NCBI GenBank assembly: GCA_964459435.1
Contig: CAYWLU010000001.1
Location: 11,151-59,765, forward strand
From: an uncultured Candidatus Peribacteria bacterium
GTDB lineage: Bacteria > Patescibacteriota > Gracilibacteria > UBA4473
Length of the DNA: 48,615 bases
Direction: 5' to 3'
The notes under the pieces were generated by a model. It worked only from the letters and a program-made list of their open reading frames with translations, had not been told where the DNA came from and made no database searches. Of the stretch, positions 21,780 to 31,159 are shown piece after piece. Positions within the stretch are counted from its first letter, which is position 1. Each line of letters begins with the position of its first letter. The position numbers and the translations under genes are program-made.

Positions 21780-23104
21780 TTTTCCCCTTCCAACACGTAA
21801 CCATTCCGACCAGTTATTTTTACTGGTACTTCTTTTCCAAAAAGATCCTCCTCAGAATCAAACCAAGTTTCGAAAAGCTCTCTAGTTCTTCCTGAATTTC
21901 TAAATTTCCCATTAGGTAATTTTTCAGAAGTTTCCACCAGTACTTCTAAAGTCTTTCCAATACTTTTTTCCCTGTTATCAAAAGAAGTTTCTTTGATGAT
22001 TTTATCTAAATCATGAAATCGTTTCTTTTTTATATTCAAAGACACGAATTCATCTTTCATTTCGGCTGCCTTTGTCCCTCTTCTCGGAGAAAAAATAGCA
22101 GTATAGGAGAAATCAAATTTCATTCTTCTAGCAAAATCACAAAGTTCTGCAAAATCTTCTTCTGTTTCTCCTGGAAATCCAACAATAATATCTGTAGCAA
22201 TAGTGCAACCTGGAACCTTCTTTCTTATTTTAGCTATCTTTTCTTCATATTCTTCTATCGTATAATTACGATTCATTTTCTTTAAAACCCGATTAGATCC
22301 ATGTTGGGCTGGTAAATGCACATACGCACAATTAGTCTTCATACCAGCCAAAGTATCTATCATCTCATCCGTAAAATCCTGAGGATGATGAGACACAAAT
22401 CTAAGCCTAGAAAGACCTTTTTTTGCTAATTTATCTATCTCTCGTAAGAGAACAGGAAAACATTTTTTGCCATTTTCTGTATATGAATTCACATTTTGTC
22501 CGAGCAAAGTAATCTCTAAAGCACCATTTTTTACATGCTTTTCACATTCTTTTATGATGTCTTCTATTGGACGAGAAATTTCTCTACCTCGCGTAAAAGG
22601 AACAATACAGTAAGAACAGAACTTATCGCATCCTTGCATAATAGGAACTAAAGCTTGCGACTTATTTGTTATCCGCGGATTAATTTGAAAATAATTCTCC
22701 ACTGATCCTGCTCGAAAATTACTGACAAATTTTTCCAAATCTAAATCTGCGAAGTAAATTTCCAGTAACTTCGGCAATCTAGCCGTATCTTCGATTCTAA
22801 AAACCAAATCTATCGGATCGTACTTGAGGAGTTTATCTTTAGAATTAGACTTATCCCCTGTTTGTCTAACCATACAACCTGTAACAGCAATAATAGCTTC
22901 TGGATGATCTTTCTTATATTGAACAATGAACCCATACGCCTTATCTTCTGACTTCTGACGCACAGAACAAGTGTTGACCACTAGTAAATCTGCTGTTTCA
23001 TTTTTAGATTCTTTTAAATCACATAAATCTAAAACAGTAGCCACTCTTTCTGAATCAGAATAATTCATCTGGCAACCAAAAGTCTGAATCTGATAAGTAA
23101 ACAT
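21773..23104 (-). CDS. miaB: tRNA-i6A37 methylthiotransferase MiaB
   Basis: MFTYQIQTFGCQMNYSDSE, radical-SAM CDKFCSYCIVP, and a C-terminal TRAM-like region. Confidence 0.9.
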   Translation of the reverse strand: MFTYQIQTFGCQMNYSDSERVATVLDLCDLKESKNETADLLVVNTCSVRQKSEDKAYGFIVQYKKDHPEAIIAVTGCMVRQTGDKSNSKDKLLKYDPIDLVFRIEDTARLPKLLEIYFADLDLEKFVSNFRAGSVENYFQINPRITNKSQALVPIMQGCDKFCSYCIVPFTRGREISRPIEDIIKECEKHVKNGALEITLLGQNVNSYTENGKKCFPVLLREIDKLAKKGLSRLRFVSHHPQDFTDEMIDTLAGMKTNCAYVHLPAQHGSNRVLKKMNRNYTIEEYEEKIAKIRKKVPGCTIATDIIVGFPGETEEDFAELCDFARRMKFDFSYTAIFSPRRGTKAAEMKDEFVSLNIKKKRFHDLDKIIKETSFDNREKSIGKTLEVLVETSEKLPNGKFRNSGRTRELFETWFDSEEDLFGKEVPVKITGRNGYVLEGEKV

Positions 23105-23186
23105 CGAGGGAAAGCATGATTATTTTTACGAAAAAATCAATGATATAGACACAAGAAGTAAGAATTTAGAATTAAGGGAAAATTTT

Positions 23187-23232
23187 TCTTCTCCCCGTAT
23201 ACAAAATACTTAATACATAATACTAAATACTG
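23187..23232. repeat. Heptamer array (NNAATAC type)
   Basis: cgtatac aaaatac ttaatac ataatac taaatac tgctttt, lying between the miaB start and the prs stop. Confidence 0.75.
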
Positions 23233-23242
23233 CTTTTCTTTT

Positions 23243-24178
23243 TCAAAAGAAAAGCTTCGACACTGACTTGTGTTCCACCACATTCTTCACCACCTCTGCA
23301 AAAAGAGGAGTCATGGAAATTATTTTTAAATTCTTTGGCTGTTTTGGAATTGGTAAAGTGTCCGTAAACACTAATTCTTTTAAATTTGCCTTATCTAAAT
23401 TCTCCTTCGCATTACCAGAGAAAATAGGATGAGTAGCACAAAGATAAACATCTTTATTTGCTCCATTTTTAATCAGAACTTCAACTGCTCCAGTTACAGA
23501 TCCCCCTGTATCCACCATGTCATCTAAAATAATTGGTGTTTTCCCTTTTACATCTCCCACAATATGCATAACTTCTGACTTATTGTGAGCTGGTCTCTGT
23601 TTATGGATAACTGCCAGCGAAGCTCCCAATAAATCCGCAAACTTTTTAGCATCTTTTGCCCCCCCCGCATCTGGAGAAATAATAACTGGATTCTTTAGTT
23701 TTTTCTTTTTAAAGTAATCTACAAAAGCTCGACGAGGATTCAGATTATCTACTGGAAAACGGAAGAATCCTTGGGTTTGATCAGAATGCAGATGCATAGT
23801 AATCACATGATCTGCTCCCGCTTCGGCAATTAAATTCGCAAAAAGTTTCGCAGAAATTCCTTCTCGTGGTCCATGAATCTTATCTTGTCTAGAATAAGCA
23901 AAATATGGCATGATAACATGAATAGATTTTGCAAAACTTCGTTTAGCAGCATCAATCATGAGCATCAGTTCTATTAAATCTTCATTCATATTCCCAGTTC
24001 GTCCTGTCTGTACCAAAAACACTTCTTGTCCTCGAAAGGTTTCTTCGTATTTCACATATTTTTCTCCACAAGCAAAATTCTTGATAGTTATTTTTCCAAG
24101 CTTAGTTTTCAAATATTTGGCAATTGCTTCCGCAAATTCTGGATGAGATGAGCCGGAAAAGATTTTGTATTTTATCAT
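23243..24178 (-). CDS. prs: Ribose-phosphate pyrophosphokinase
   Basis: IKYKIFSGSSHPEFAEAIAKYL, ..DLHSDQTQGFF.PVDNL.., and the PRPP-binding IILDDMVDTGGS. ATG at 24178 is preferred (alternative 24187); the listed 24223 is TTG. Confidence 0.92.
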   Translation of the reverse strand: MIKYKIFSGSSHPEFAEAIAKYLKTKLGKITIKNFACGEKYVKYEETFRGQEVFLVQTGRTGNMNEDLIELMLMIDAAKRSFAKSIHVIMPYFAYSRQDKIHGPREGISAKLFANLIAEAGADHVITMHLHSDQTQGFFRFPVDNLNPRRAFVDYFKKKKLKNPVIISPDAGGAKDAKKFADLLGASLAVIHKQRPAHNKSEVMHIVGDVKGKTPIILDDMVDTGGSVTGAVEVLIKNGANKDVYLCATHPIFSGNAKENLDKANLKELVFTDTLPIPKQPKNLKIISMTPLFAEVVKNVVEHKSVSKLFF

Positions 24179-24217
24179 CACTTTCATTTTGCGAAATTCC
24201 GAGTAATTTGTAAAGCG

Positions 24218-25000
24218 ATGCAAAAGTTAAATATCCCAAAAATTTCTTTAATTACTGTTAGTTTTAACGGTAGCAAAGAAATTCATGACCTGCTTAATTC
24301 TCTTAAAAAAAATCCGCCAAAAGAATCTTGGGAATTAGTCGTTGTAGATAACAACTCCCCTCTGAAACAAAATTATTCTTTCTTAGTAGAAGAAATAAAT
24401 GTGCATCTTATTGAACTAAACAACAATCTTGGTTTTGGTGGCGGTAACGCAGAAGGTGTTCGCTTTTCCCGAGGTGAATATCTAGGATTTATAAATCCAG
24501 ACATTGAAGTCCGAAAAAATTGTTTAGATGAACTCCTTCGTGCTCTCCAAAAAGATACCGAAACTGGAATTGTTTGTCCTCTACTTACTTCTAAAAGTAA
24601 TAATATCTTAGAAAACACTTGGGACTTCCCCACCTTTTGGCAGCTTCTTAAGCGCCGTCTTTTTTCTGGAAGAAAACCCTCTATTCCCGAAAAAAACACT
24701 TCTGTTCCTTGGGCACAAGGGAGTTTTTTAGTTATGAAGAAAAGCTTATTTACTTCTCTAGGAGGATTTGATCCTCGCTTCTTTCTCTTTTTTGAAGACA
24801 CTGATCTTTGTCGAAAATGTTGGAAAAATGGAAAAAAAGTAGTTCAAATTCCTAGTGCCAAAGCTTTCCATACTGAACATCGTCTTTCTGGTGGTAATAT
24901 TTTTAGAGCCTTGTTTAAAAAAACTTTCTGGATTCACTTCGTTTCTATGATGAAATATTTTTGGAAATATCGAGGAAAAAAACAGCCTACTATTTTCTAA
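24218..25000 (+). CDS. Family 2 glycosyltransferase
   Basis: ISLITVSFNGSKEI...VVDNNS...FGGGNAEG...EDTDLC, a typical GT-A/GT2 pattern. Confidence 0.85.
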   Translation: MQKLNIPKISLITVSFNGSKEIHDLLNSLKKNPPKESWELVVVDNNSPLKQNYSFLVEEINVHLIELNNNLGFGGGNAEGVRFSRGEYLGFINPDIEVRKNCLDELLRALQKDTETGIVCPLLTSKSNNILENTWDFPTFWQLLKRRLFSGRKPSIPEKNTSVPWAQGSFLVMKKSLFTSLGGFDPRFFLFFEDTDLCRKCWKNGKKVVQIPSAKAFHTEHRLSGGNIFRALFKKTFWIHFVSMMKYFWKYRGKKQPTIF

Positions 25001-25017
25001 GTTTAATAGAAAAGTCT

Positions 25018-25205
25018 TGTCATACCGGACTTGTTGACGCTTCGCTTGTCGTCTGCGTCGTTCACTTGCTTATGAGCAAGCTCAACGCAGTTCGCCATCC
25101 TCGACGAGCGATATCTAACCATAAAAACAAATGATTCATATTAAAAGTGTAAAATAAGCAAGTTATTAATTCACAGCCAGATCCCGCAATAAATGCGGGA
25201 TGACA
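25018..25205 (+). repeat. Family B repeat with a nested family C insert
   Basis: The ends match 5457-5544 and 13125-13214. The first hairpin is interrupted after taccgga by about 85 nt (25030-25115) that match the reverse complement of the 6257-6464 interior. Confidence 0.75.
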
Positions 25206-25240
25206 ATCTAAGGTTTTTCCTTTAAATTTTCTTTTTGCGT

Positions 25241-25270
25241 TATACTTAATACGAAATACTAAATACTGCA
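25241..25270. repeat. Heptamer array (NNAATAC type) just upstream of the tatD start
   Basis: gttatac ttaatac gaaatac taaatac. Confidence 0.75.
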
Positions 25271-25274
25271 TTTT

Positions 25275-26129
25275 ATGCTCATTGCTGACACTCACACTCA
25301 CCTCCACTTCTCTTCTTTTGATAAAGACCGAGAAGAAGTTATTACTCGTTGTCAAAAGACAGGAGTTAATTTGCAAATCCAAATTGGTTGCGATGAATTG
25401 TCTTCTCTTTCTGCCTTAAAACTCGCTAAAAAACATGATAACTTTTATGCCACCCTTGGAATCCATCCCTCTGATGTTTTAGATTGTTTTAATCCAGATA
25501 AACTTTTTCGAAGTCAGGGATACGAAAATTACAAATTACAAAACAAAAATTTCGACGACCTTTTTGCTTGGTTCGAGAAACTTGCCACAGAAAATCCCAC
25601 AAAGATTGTTGGCTTCGGAGAAACTGGTTTAGATCTCTACCACGAAAACTCACCAAAAATATATAAAATTCAAAAAGAAGTTTTTTTGAGTCACTTGAAG
25701 TTAGCGAAAAAATTCCAAAAGCCATTAGTTATTCATGGTCGCAATGCTAATGAAAAAATGAAATCTTTTTTTACAGAAAATATAAAAGCTGGAGAAGTTA
25801 ATGGAGTTATTCACTGTTTTTGTGAGGATTTAGACTACGGTAAATTCTTTGTCGAGAAATTTGGGTTCTTTTTGGGAATTGGCGGAATTCTCACTTACCC
25901 TAATGCCGAAAAAACAAGAGAAGCTATTAAAGAAATTCCTCTAGAATTTCTTATCACCGAAACAGATTCTCCCTTCCTTGTACCTCAAAGCCTAAGAAAA
26001 ACTGTAAAACGCAACGAATCATCTTTTCTACCAGAAGTAATAGAACTAATTGCCGATCTTAAAAAAATCCCGACAGAAAAATGTGCTGAAATACTTTTTT
26101 CGAACGCAAAAAAATTATTCCAAATTTAA
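25275..26129 (+). CDS. tatD: TatD-family metal-dependent hydrolase
   Basis: LIADTHTHL start motif, ..GETGLDLYH.., ..VIHGRNA.., ..ITETDSPF.. Confidence 0.9.
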   Translation: MLIADTHTHLHFSSFDKDREEVITRCQKTGVNLQIQIGCDELSSLSALKLAKKHDNFYATLGIHPSDVLDCFNPDKLFRSQGYENYKLQNKNFDDLFAWFEKLATENPTKIVGFGETGLDLYHENSPKIYKIQKEVFLSHLKLAKKFQKPLVIHGRNANEKMKSFFTENIKAGEVNGVIHCFCEDLDYGKFFVEKFGFFLGIGGILTYPNAEKTREAIKEIPLEFLITETDSPFLVPQSLRKTVKRNESSFLPEVIELIADLKKIPTEKCAEILFSNAKKLFQI

Positions 26130-26151
26130 CTCCTAATAGCTAACAGCTATT

Positions 26152-26274
26152 TAGAATCTACTGAATTTGATGAAGTTCGAGGAAAAATTGAGGAATAAAA
26201 AAAGCTGTATGTAGCCATACAGTATTGAGTACCGGAGATTTTGACGAAGAAATTCGCAAATTCAGTAGATTCTA
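26152..26274. repeat. Long hairpin element with perfect 18-bp terminal inverted repeats (TAGAATCTACTGAATTTG)
   Basis: The arms lie at 26152-26169 and 26257-26274, with a central hairpin ctgtatg-tagc-catacag. It fills the gap between the convergent tatD and doxX stops. Confidence 0.75.
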
Positions 26275-26275
26275 T

Positions 26276-26686
26276 CTATGGATACATAGGATCAGAAAAC
26301 CATAGCCCCATCAAACACAAAGTAGCTAATGATTGAAACAGAATAGAAAATGTTTCCACTGTTGGTATTTGAACTAAAAAAAGTGCAGTTACGGAAATCA
26401 CCAAAAGTCCTAAAATGGCAATCTTATATAAAATTTTCGGAAAAAGTTTTCCAAGTACTATCAAAAGACCTCCTGCAATTTCAAAAACAACAACTAACCA
26501 GTACAAAAGAATCAAAAATCCGCCAGTCACTCCAAAAATATCTTCTAGCATCGCTTCAAACATCGCAGGATGTGTGAATTTCATAACTCCTGGTACGAAA
26601 AACAAGAGACCAACGCCAAGTCGTACCACAAAAAGAGACAACTCTGGATGATGTCCCATAATTGAATATGTTTGTTTTTTACTCAT
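26276..26686 (-). CDS. DoxX-family membrane protein
   Basis: Four TM helices; ..LFVVRLGVGLLFFVPGVMKF.. is a DoxX-like opening. Confidence 0.65.
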   Translation of the reverse strand: MSKKQTYSIMGHHPELSLFVVRLGVGLLFFVPGVMKFTHPAMFEAMLEDIFGVTGGFLILLYWLVVVFEIAGGLLIVLGKLFPKILYKIAILGLLVISVTALFLVQIPTVETFSILFQSLATLCLMGLWFSDPMYP

Positions 26687-26731
26687 TTTGTGTGTGTTAG
26701 GAAGTAAAACATCCTTAAGTTTATGATCTTT

Positions 26732-27856
26732 TTAACTTTTAGACAAACTTTCTCTCGTTAGCACTTTGGCTCTTTCTACACCTGATTGATTAAAAACATT
26801 AATTTCTAAAAATTCTCCTAAAAAATAAGTCATTCCCATGAACAAGAAAAAAAGTTCTCCTAATACTTCTGGAGTAATTTCTGAAATTTTAATTTCTAAA
26901 TTAGCTCGCTTACTTTCTGTTAAGGATTGCCTGGTTGCCTCCTTTTCTATATTCAACAATTTCCCTAATTCGTTTTCATCTTTTTGAACAACAGATAAGA
27001 AAATAGTTAACTTATCATCTGGACCATCTATTAGTAATTGTAATAAAGAGTGTTGGTCTGTAACTCCTTGAGCTGAAACAGGAGTAAATCCTTTCCCTTC
27101 TTTTCCAGTAGATTCTCCAAGTAACTGTGCCCACCAAGTAGTAAAAGCTCTCAATCTTTCTTTATAAGGCATCAGAACAATAGTATTTTTGTCAGAAACA
27201 ACATGACTAGTAGCTAATTGAAATGACAAATTCTTTTCTACATTATCAGATAAAAATAAGTCTCTCATTTTCCTAGCCCCTTCCACCAAAGAAAAAATAT
27301 CCACCCCAACTAAACTAGCAGGCAAAAGACCTACTGAAGTTAAAACTGAAAATCTTCCCCCTACTTCTTCCGGAACGGAAAATGTTTTTATATTTTCTTT
27401 ATCTGCTATTTCTCGCAATTTTCCTTTATTACCTGTTACAAAAACGAAATTATTTTTATTCGGCAGTTTTTGCCAAAAACAAGAAAGCTGAGTCAGGGTT
27501 TCTATAGTTTCTCCTGATTTAGAAATGACCAGAAAAAGAGTTTTTTCGATATCTATCTTTTTTTCTGTTTCTAAAATTAGATCTGGATCGATGTTATCTA
27601 AAACAATTAAGTCTTTACCAAAAGTTTGAGCAATAGCTTTAGCTCCTAAGGCAGAGCCGCCAATTCCAAGGACAACAATATGATTGAATTTTCCTTTAAC
27701 GCTTTGAGCAAAACTATTAATTTCTTCTAAATCTATTTCATCCAAACAATTCACAAATCCTAAATCCCCTGTTTTTTCTAAAAAACCAGGAAGTTTTCCT
27801 CCTAAATTATTAATTTTAGCTTTGTCTAAGTTTCCTAAATCAAGCTGGATCATCAA
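26732..27856 (-). CDS. pgi: Glucose-6-phosphate isomerase (short SIS-type)
   Basis: VVLGIGGSALGAKA, ISKSGETIET, and GGRFSVLTSVGLLP motifs. Confidence 0.85.
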   Translation of the reverse strand: MMIQLDLGNLDKAKINNLGGKLPGFLEKTGDLGFVNCLDEIDLEEINSFAQSVKGKFNHIVVLGIGGSALGAKAIAQTFGKDLIVLDNIDPDLILETEKKIDIEKTLFLVISKSGETIETLTQLSCFWQKLPNKNNFVFVTGNKGKLREIADKENIKTFSVPEEVGGRFSVLTSVGLLPASLVGVDIFSLVEGARKMRDLFLSDNVEKNLSFQLATSHVVSDKNTIVLMPYKERLRAFTTWWAQLLGESTGKEGKGFTPVSAQGVTDQHSLLQLLIDGPDDKLTIFLSVVQKDENELGKLLNIEKEATRQSLTESKRANLEIKISEITPEVLGELFFLFMGMTYFLGEFLEINVFNQSGVERAKVLTRESLSKS

Positions 27857-27887
27857 AGGAATTGTACTGCTTTTGATTCATAAAACA

Positions 27888-27909
27888 ATAGCATATTATA
27901 ATATGCTAT
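27888..27909. repeat. Perfect 22-nt palindrome ATAGCATATTATAATATGCTAT
   Basis: Contains the ATATTATAATAT core and lies 32 nt upstream of the pgi start, on the divergent side. Confidence 0.85.
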
Positions 27910-28034
27910 TAAAAATTGTAATGTGCATTTTTGACACATTCCTTTCTTGTTCTACCTATTTTTTTAATTTTTACCTTAAAAATCTATTAAATTTAGATAA
28001 AACTTCTGTTTTTAAAAAAGTTAAAATTATTCTG

Positions 28035-28458
28035 ATGAAAAACATGAATAGAAAAAATTCAGAATTCACTAAAAAAGAATTTGAAAAAACAATACAAAAT
28101 GCTCGTGAAATATATTTTTCATGGAAAAATAGTTTTTCTTGTCCTTTTTTTAAAAGTAAAATTCACATTACGAGATCTGGATGGCAACACTTAATGGCAG
28201 AACAGCGCCCCAAACACCAAAAATTCTGGCGAGCAAAGTATTTTAAATATATACCAGACATTATTATAAAAAACTACCACCGTTCAAAAAGAAACTATTT
28301 ATTTTAATAAAGCTGGTAAAATGCATATCTGGTCTTTTGTATCAATCGAAAAAGGCAATATTTTAGAAGTAGTAATCCGACAGATAGAAAAACAACCCAA
28401 ACATCTTTATAGTTTCATTTATAAAGGAGTTGCTCCAACAGTAATTAATATAGATTGA
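28035..28458 (+). pseudogene. Frameshifted hypothetical gene (about 140 aa if repaired)
   Basis: ORF 28035-28307 (MKNMNRKNSEF...IPDIIIKNY..) and the frame-1 ORF ending at 28458 (..KAGKMHIWSFVSIEKGNILEVVIRQIEKQPKHLYSFIYKG..) overlap around the A-run at 28266-28273. Its 3' 98 nt are duplicated at 29203-29300. Confidence 0.45.
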
Positions 28459-28585
28459 AGAAGCTGTCTTGTCTTGTTGTGAGACTTTGCTCCAACGTTC
28501 AGGGTCGCAAAGCGAATCCCTCCAAAACAACTCTTCGTTTGGAACGATAATTTCAAAAAATAAAAAATCAACTCAAAAAAGATAA

Positions 28586-28968
28586 TTACAAAATATTTTT
28601 CATATAATGTCGGTAATAACCAATAAAATTACTTATTAAAAACATTCCTTCTGCAACAATACCCATTGGTGAGAAAATAATACTGTTATAGATAACAAGC
28701 ATAGATGTACCGACCATCATTAGCTTTCTCATTAACTTATTATCTGCTTGGAAATTTCCGATAATAAATATGACTAATCCGACATAAATTATTAAATCAG
28801 ATAGCTCTTTGTACGTGAAAAATAATGAGTGCTTATTAAAATAGCAGAAACAATAAGACACAAGAATGTATATTCGCGTTTTTTGAATTGTAGACTCAAA
28901 AAATCAAAGCTCATTGCGATAAACATCGCAACTTGTGAGATAATAAATGGGGGTGTTAATTCAAACAT
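28586..28968 (-). pseudogene. YgjV-like inner-membrane protein gene, frameshifted
   Basis: The N-terminal piece from ATG 28968 (MFELTPPFIISQVAMFIAMSFDFLSLQFKKREYTFLCLIVSAILISTHYF..) and the C-terminal piece (..MVGTSMLVIYNSIIFSPMGIVAEGMFLISNFIGYYRHY) are in different frames. They join at a T-run near 28820. Confidence 0.5.
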
Positions 28969-29202
28969 AAAAAAGAATGGAATTATGGAGCATATGCTTC
29001 GCTTCGCTCGTGTATAATCTCATATTTTTAATAAAATAAAAACAAAATATCTAATAGTTGGAACCAAGTTCATGAAACTGTCTTGCAATGGAATGATTAG
29101 CCTAAACAAGTAGAAATAAACATGCCTATTCCTTTATAAGTATTGGCTTGTAGATAATAAAAATAAGACACCAAAGGAGATTGAAACTATGGTGAGAGTT
29201 AA

Positions 29203-29300
29203 GGAAATATTTTAGAAGTAGTAATCCGACAAATAGAAAAGCAACCAAAACATCTTTACCGTTTTATTTATAAAGGAATTACTCCAACTGTAATTAATTT
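29203..29300 (+). repeat. Second copy of the 98-nt 3' segment of pseudogene 28035-28458
   Basis: By eye about 87 percent identical to 28353-28450 (GNILEVVIRQIEKQPKHLY(S/R)FIYKG...). The RhuM gene on the opposite strand terminates inside it. Confidence 0.8.
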
Positions 29301-30305
29301 TGATTTCTTTATTTTTGCTTCTATTTGTTTTAATTCTTTCATGTCTTGAATATCTGCAAGTTCTGCATCAGACTTTTTTCTTTTGGCATCAAATTTATCG
29401 TATATTCCATCTACTTTTCCTTTCATTTCCTTATTTGAAACACTTCCTTTGTGATCGAGTAATTTTTTCTTGTTCAACTCAATAATAAGATCAATATTCT
29501 CTTTCCAAAATAAAATAGTAATATCTTTTTCGTCTTTTACTCTAAGTTCAGCCGTTTCTAAAAATACGGTTACAAAACGATTTAAACTATCTAGCTCATC
29601 TGCTGTTAAATAGTTTTTAGAAATATAAATATCTTGTTTTCTTACAATGCTTCCTTTCCAACTAGTAAGTGCCATATTCCTTTCATTCTCGTTTGCACGA
29701 TTTACGATAATTTCTGCTGCAGTATTTCCAGTAATGGCATACAGAATTTTATTCTGAGCTTCTGCGAAAAACATTTGAGTAGCTTTGTCTGTAGAATCAT
29801 AATCACTACTCAACGAAAGTAATTCTCGAACTTTTTGATAAAACCTTTTTTCAGAGGCACGAATATCACGAATTTGTGCCAACAATTCATCAAAATAACT
29901 TGATCTTCCGTCAGGATTTTTTAGTCGTTCACTATCAATAACAAACCCTTTTATCATGTATTCTTTCAAATTCTGATTTGCCCATTGTCGGAATTGAATA
30001 CCTCTTTTACTTCTTACCCTAAAACCAATTGCTAAAATCATTTCCAATGAGTAAAAAGTGACTTCATATTTTTTCCCATCAGAGGCAGTTGTCAAGTAAT
30101 CCTTTACAACTGCCTCTTCGCTTAACTCTCCCTCTTTTAGGATGTTTATAGTGTGTAAACTGATGTTTTGTTTCGAGGTATCAAAAAGTTCAGCAAGTTG
30201 ATTTTGATTCATCCAAATATTCCCATCTTTGGCATAGAGGGAAACAGACGCTTTTCCATCTGAGGTATTGTAGATGATAATATTTTGTTGTGGGTCTTGA
30301 GTCAT
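29268..30305 (-). CDS. RhuM-family protein
   Basis: ..NQNQLAELFDTSKQNISLHTINILKEGEL...YSLEMILAIGFRVRSKRGIQFRQWANQNLKEYMIKGF...RASEKRFYQKV.. is the pattern I recognise as the RhuM (virulence-protein-like) family. It is the only clearly intact larger gene in this patch. Confidence 0.8.
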   Translation of the reverse strand: MTQDPQQNIIIYNTSDGKASVSLYAKDGNIWMNQNQLAELFDTSKQNISLHTINILKEGELSEEAVVKDYLTTASDGKKYEVTFYSLEMILAIGFRVRSKRGIQFRQWANQNLKEYMIKGFVIDSERLKNPDGRSSYFDELLAQIRDIRASEKRFYQKVRELLSLSSDYDSTDKATQMFFAEAQNKILYAITGNTAAEIIVNRANENERNMALTSWKGSIVRKQDIYISKNYLTADELDSLNRFVTVFLETAELRVKDEKDITILFWKENIDLIIELNKKKLLDHKGSVSNKEMKGKVDGIYDKFDAKRKKSDAELADIQDMKELKQIEAKIKKSKLITVGVIPL

Positions 30306-30308
30306 AAT

Positions 30309-30527
30309 TTATTTAATTAGTTCATCTAAAGTAATCTCTAATCCTTCTGCAAGCTTAATCACGGTCGGCAAAGTAGGACTTTTTTACATCACTCTCAATT
30401 TTTGAAAACGTAGTGTATGGAATATCTGCCTTACGAGCCAAAGCTTCCTGCGTAAGCCCTCTTTTCTTACGCAAAGCTTTAATTTTTTTTCAATAGTTAT
30501 TTCTTCTTGTGAGTTTTTTCCATCCAT
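30309..30527 (-). pseudogene. XRE-family helix-turn-helix regulator gene with two homopolymer frameshifts
   Basis: The minus strand reads MDGKNSQEEITIEKK, then IKALRKKRGLTQEALARKADIPYTTFSKIES, then PTLPTVIKLAEGLEITLDELIK-stop, in three different frames. The pieces join at an A8 run (30483-30490) and an A6 run (about 30381-30386). Confidence 0.6.
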
Positions 30528-30911
30528 AGTCTGAAAGTATTAGTATGTTGTTTTTAGTGTACCAGTCAAAAATAAAATTCCAATATCGATACAAGCCTTG
30601 AACCAATGACTAGGAGATTAAAATCCTCTTCAATAAGACATTTCATATTCCAAAAACTGCCACAAAAAAACAAATGGGTCTAATATTTCTAAAAAAGCCC
30701 ATTCCTTTGAAATAGACATTTTATAAATATAAATGGTGGTCTATGTAAGAGAATCTTCAAACACCTGATCGAATACTTTGGGAAAAGCAGTGATAACCTT
30801 GATTCTCTAGCTTATGCTTGCGAAGGTATCATTAAAGCAATAGAAGCTCCTTCCCTAGAACTAGGGGATATTCGCTTCTAAAGCAATTAGCCGTTTAGGA
30901 TTTTAAACAAA

Positions 30912-31151
30912 ATGGCAGAGAACGAACTGAAAATTCCTATTGACATGATAGACGGTTGTCCATGTCCTTCAGATATTACCAGCTTTCCGGTGCACGAGAC
31001 GGAAAATCAAATAATAGCTTCCTGTGGAATATGCGATAGTATTCCTGCTTCCGTGAACGCAATTTGTGGATCACCGGAAGATGGCAAAAAATGTGTATTG
31101 AATGGAAAAACACTAAAAGGAAAACCAATTGCTACGCAATGGACAGACTAA
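30912..31151 (+). CDS. Small Cys-rich hypothetical protein (79 aa)
   Basis: ATG ORF with 6 Cys (CPCP, CGIC, two further Cys). No family recognised; coding status uncertain. Confidence 0.35.
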   Translation: MAENELKIPIDMIDGCPCPSDITSFPVHETENQIIASCGICDSIPASVNAICGSPEDGKKCVLNGKTLKGKPIATQWTD

Positions 31152-31159
31152 TATTTTCG

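Noticed and set aside
27822-28034. 5' part of ORF 27822-28307, overlapping the pgi start and the AT palindrome
   Set aside because: It has a hydrophobic low-complexity translation across a promoter-like AT-rich region. A plausible start is at ATG 28035 or 28044, and the gene is frameshifted anyway.
30740-30890. Short open frame ending ..LAYACEGIIKAIEAPSLELGDIRF-stop
   Set aside because: It has no start codon or upstream continuation that I could follow. It is probably a gene remnant in the decaying patch and is too short to support as a feature.
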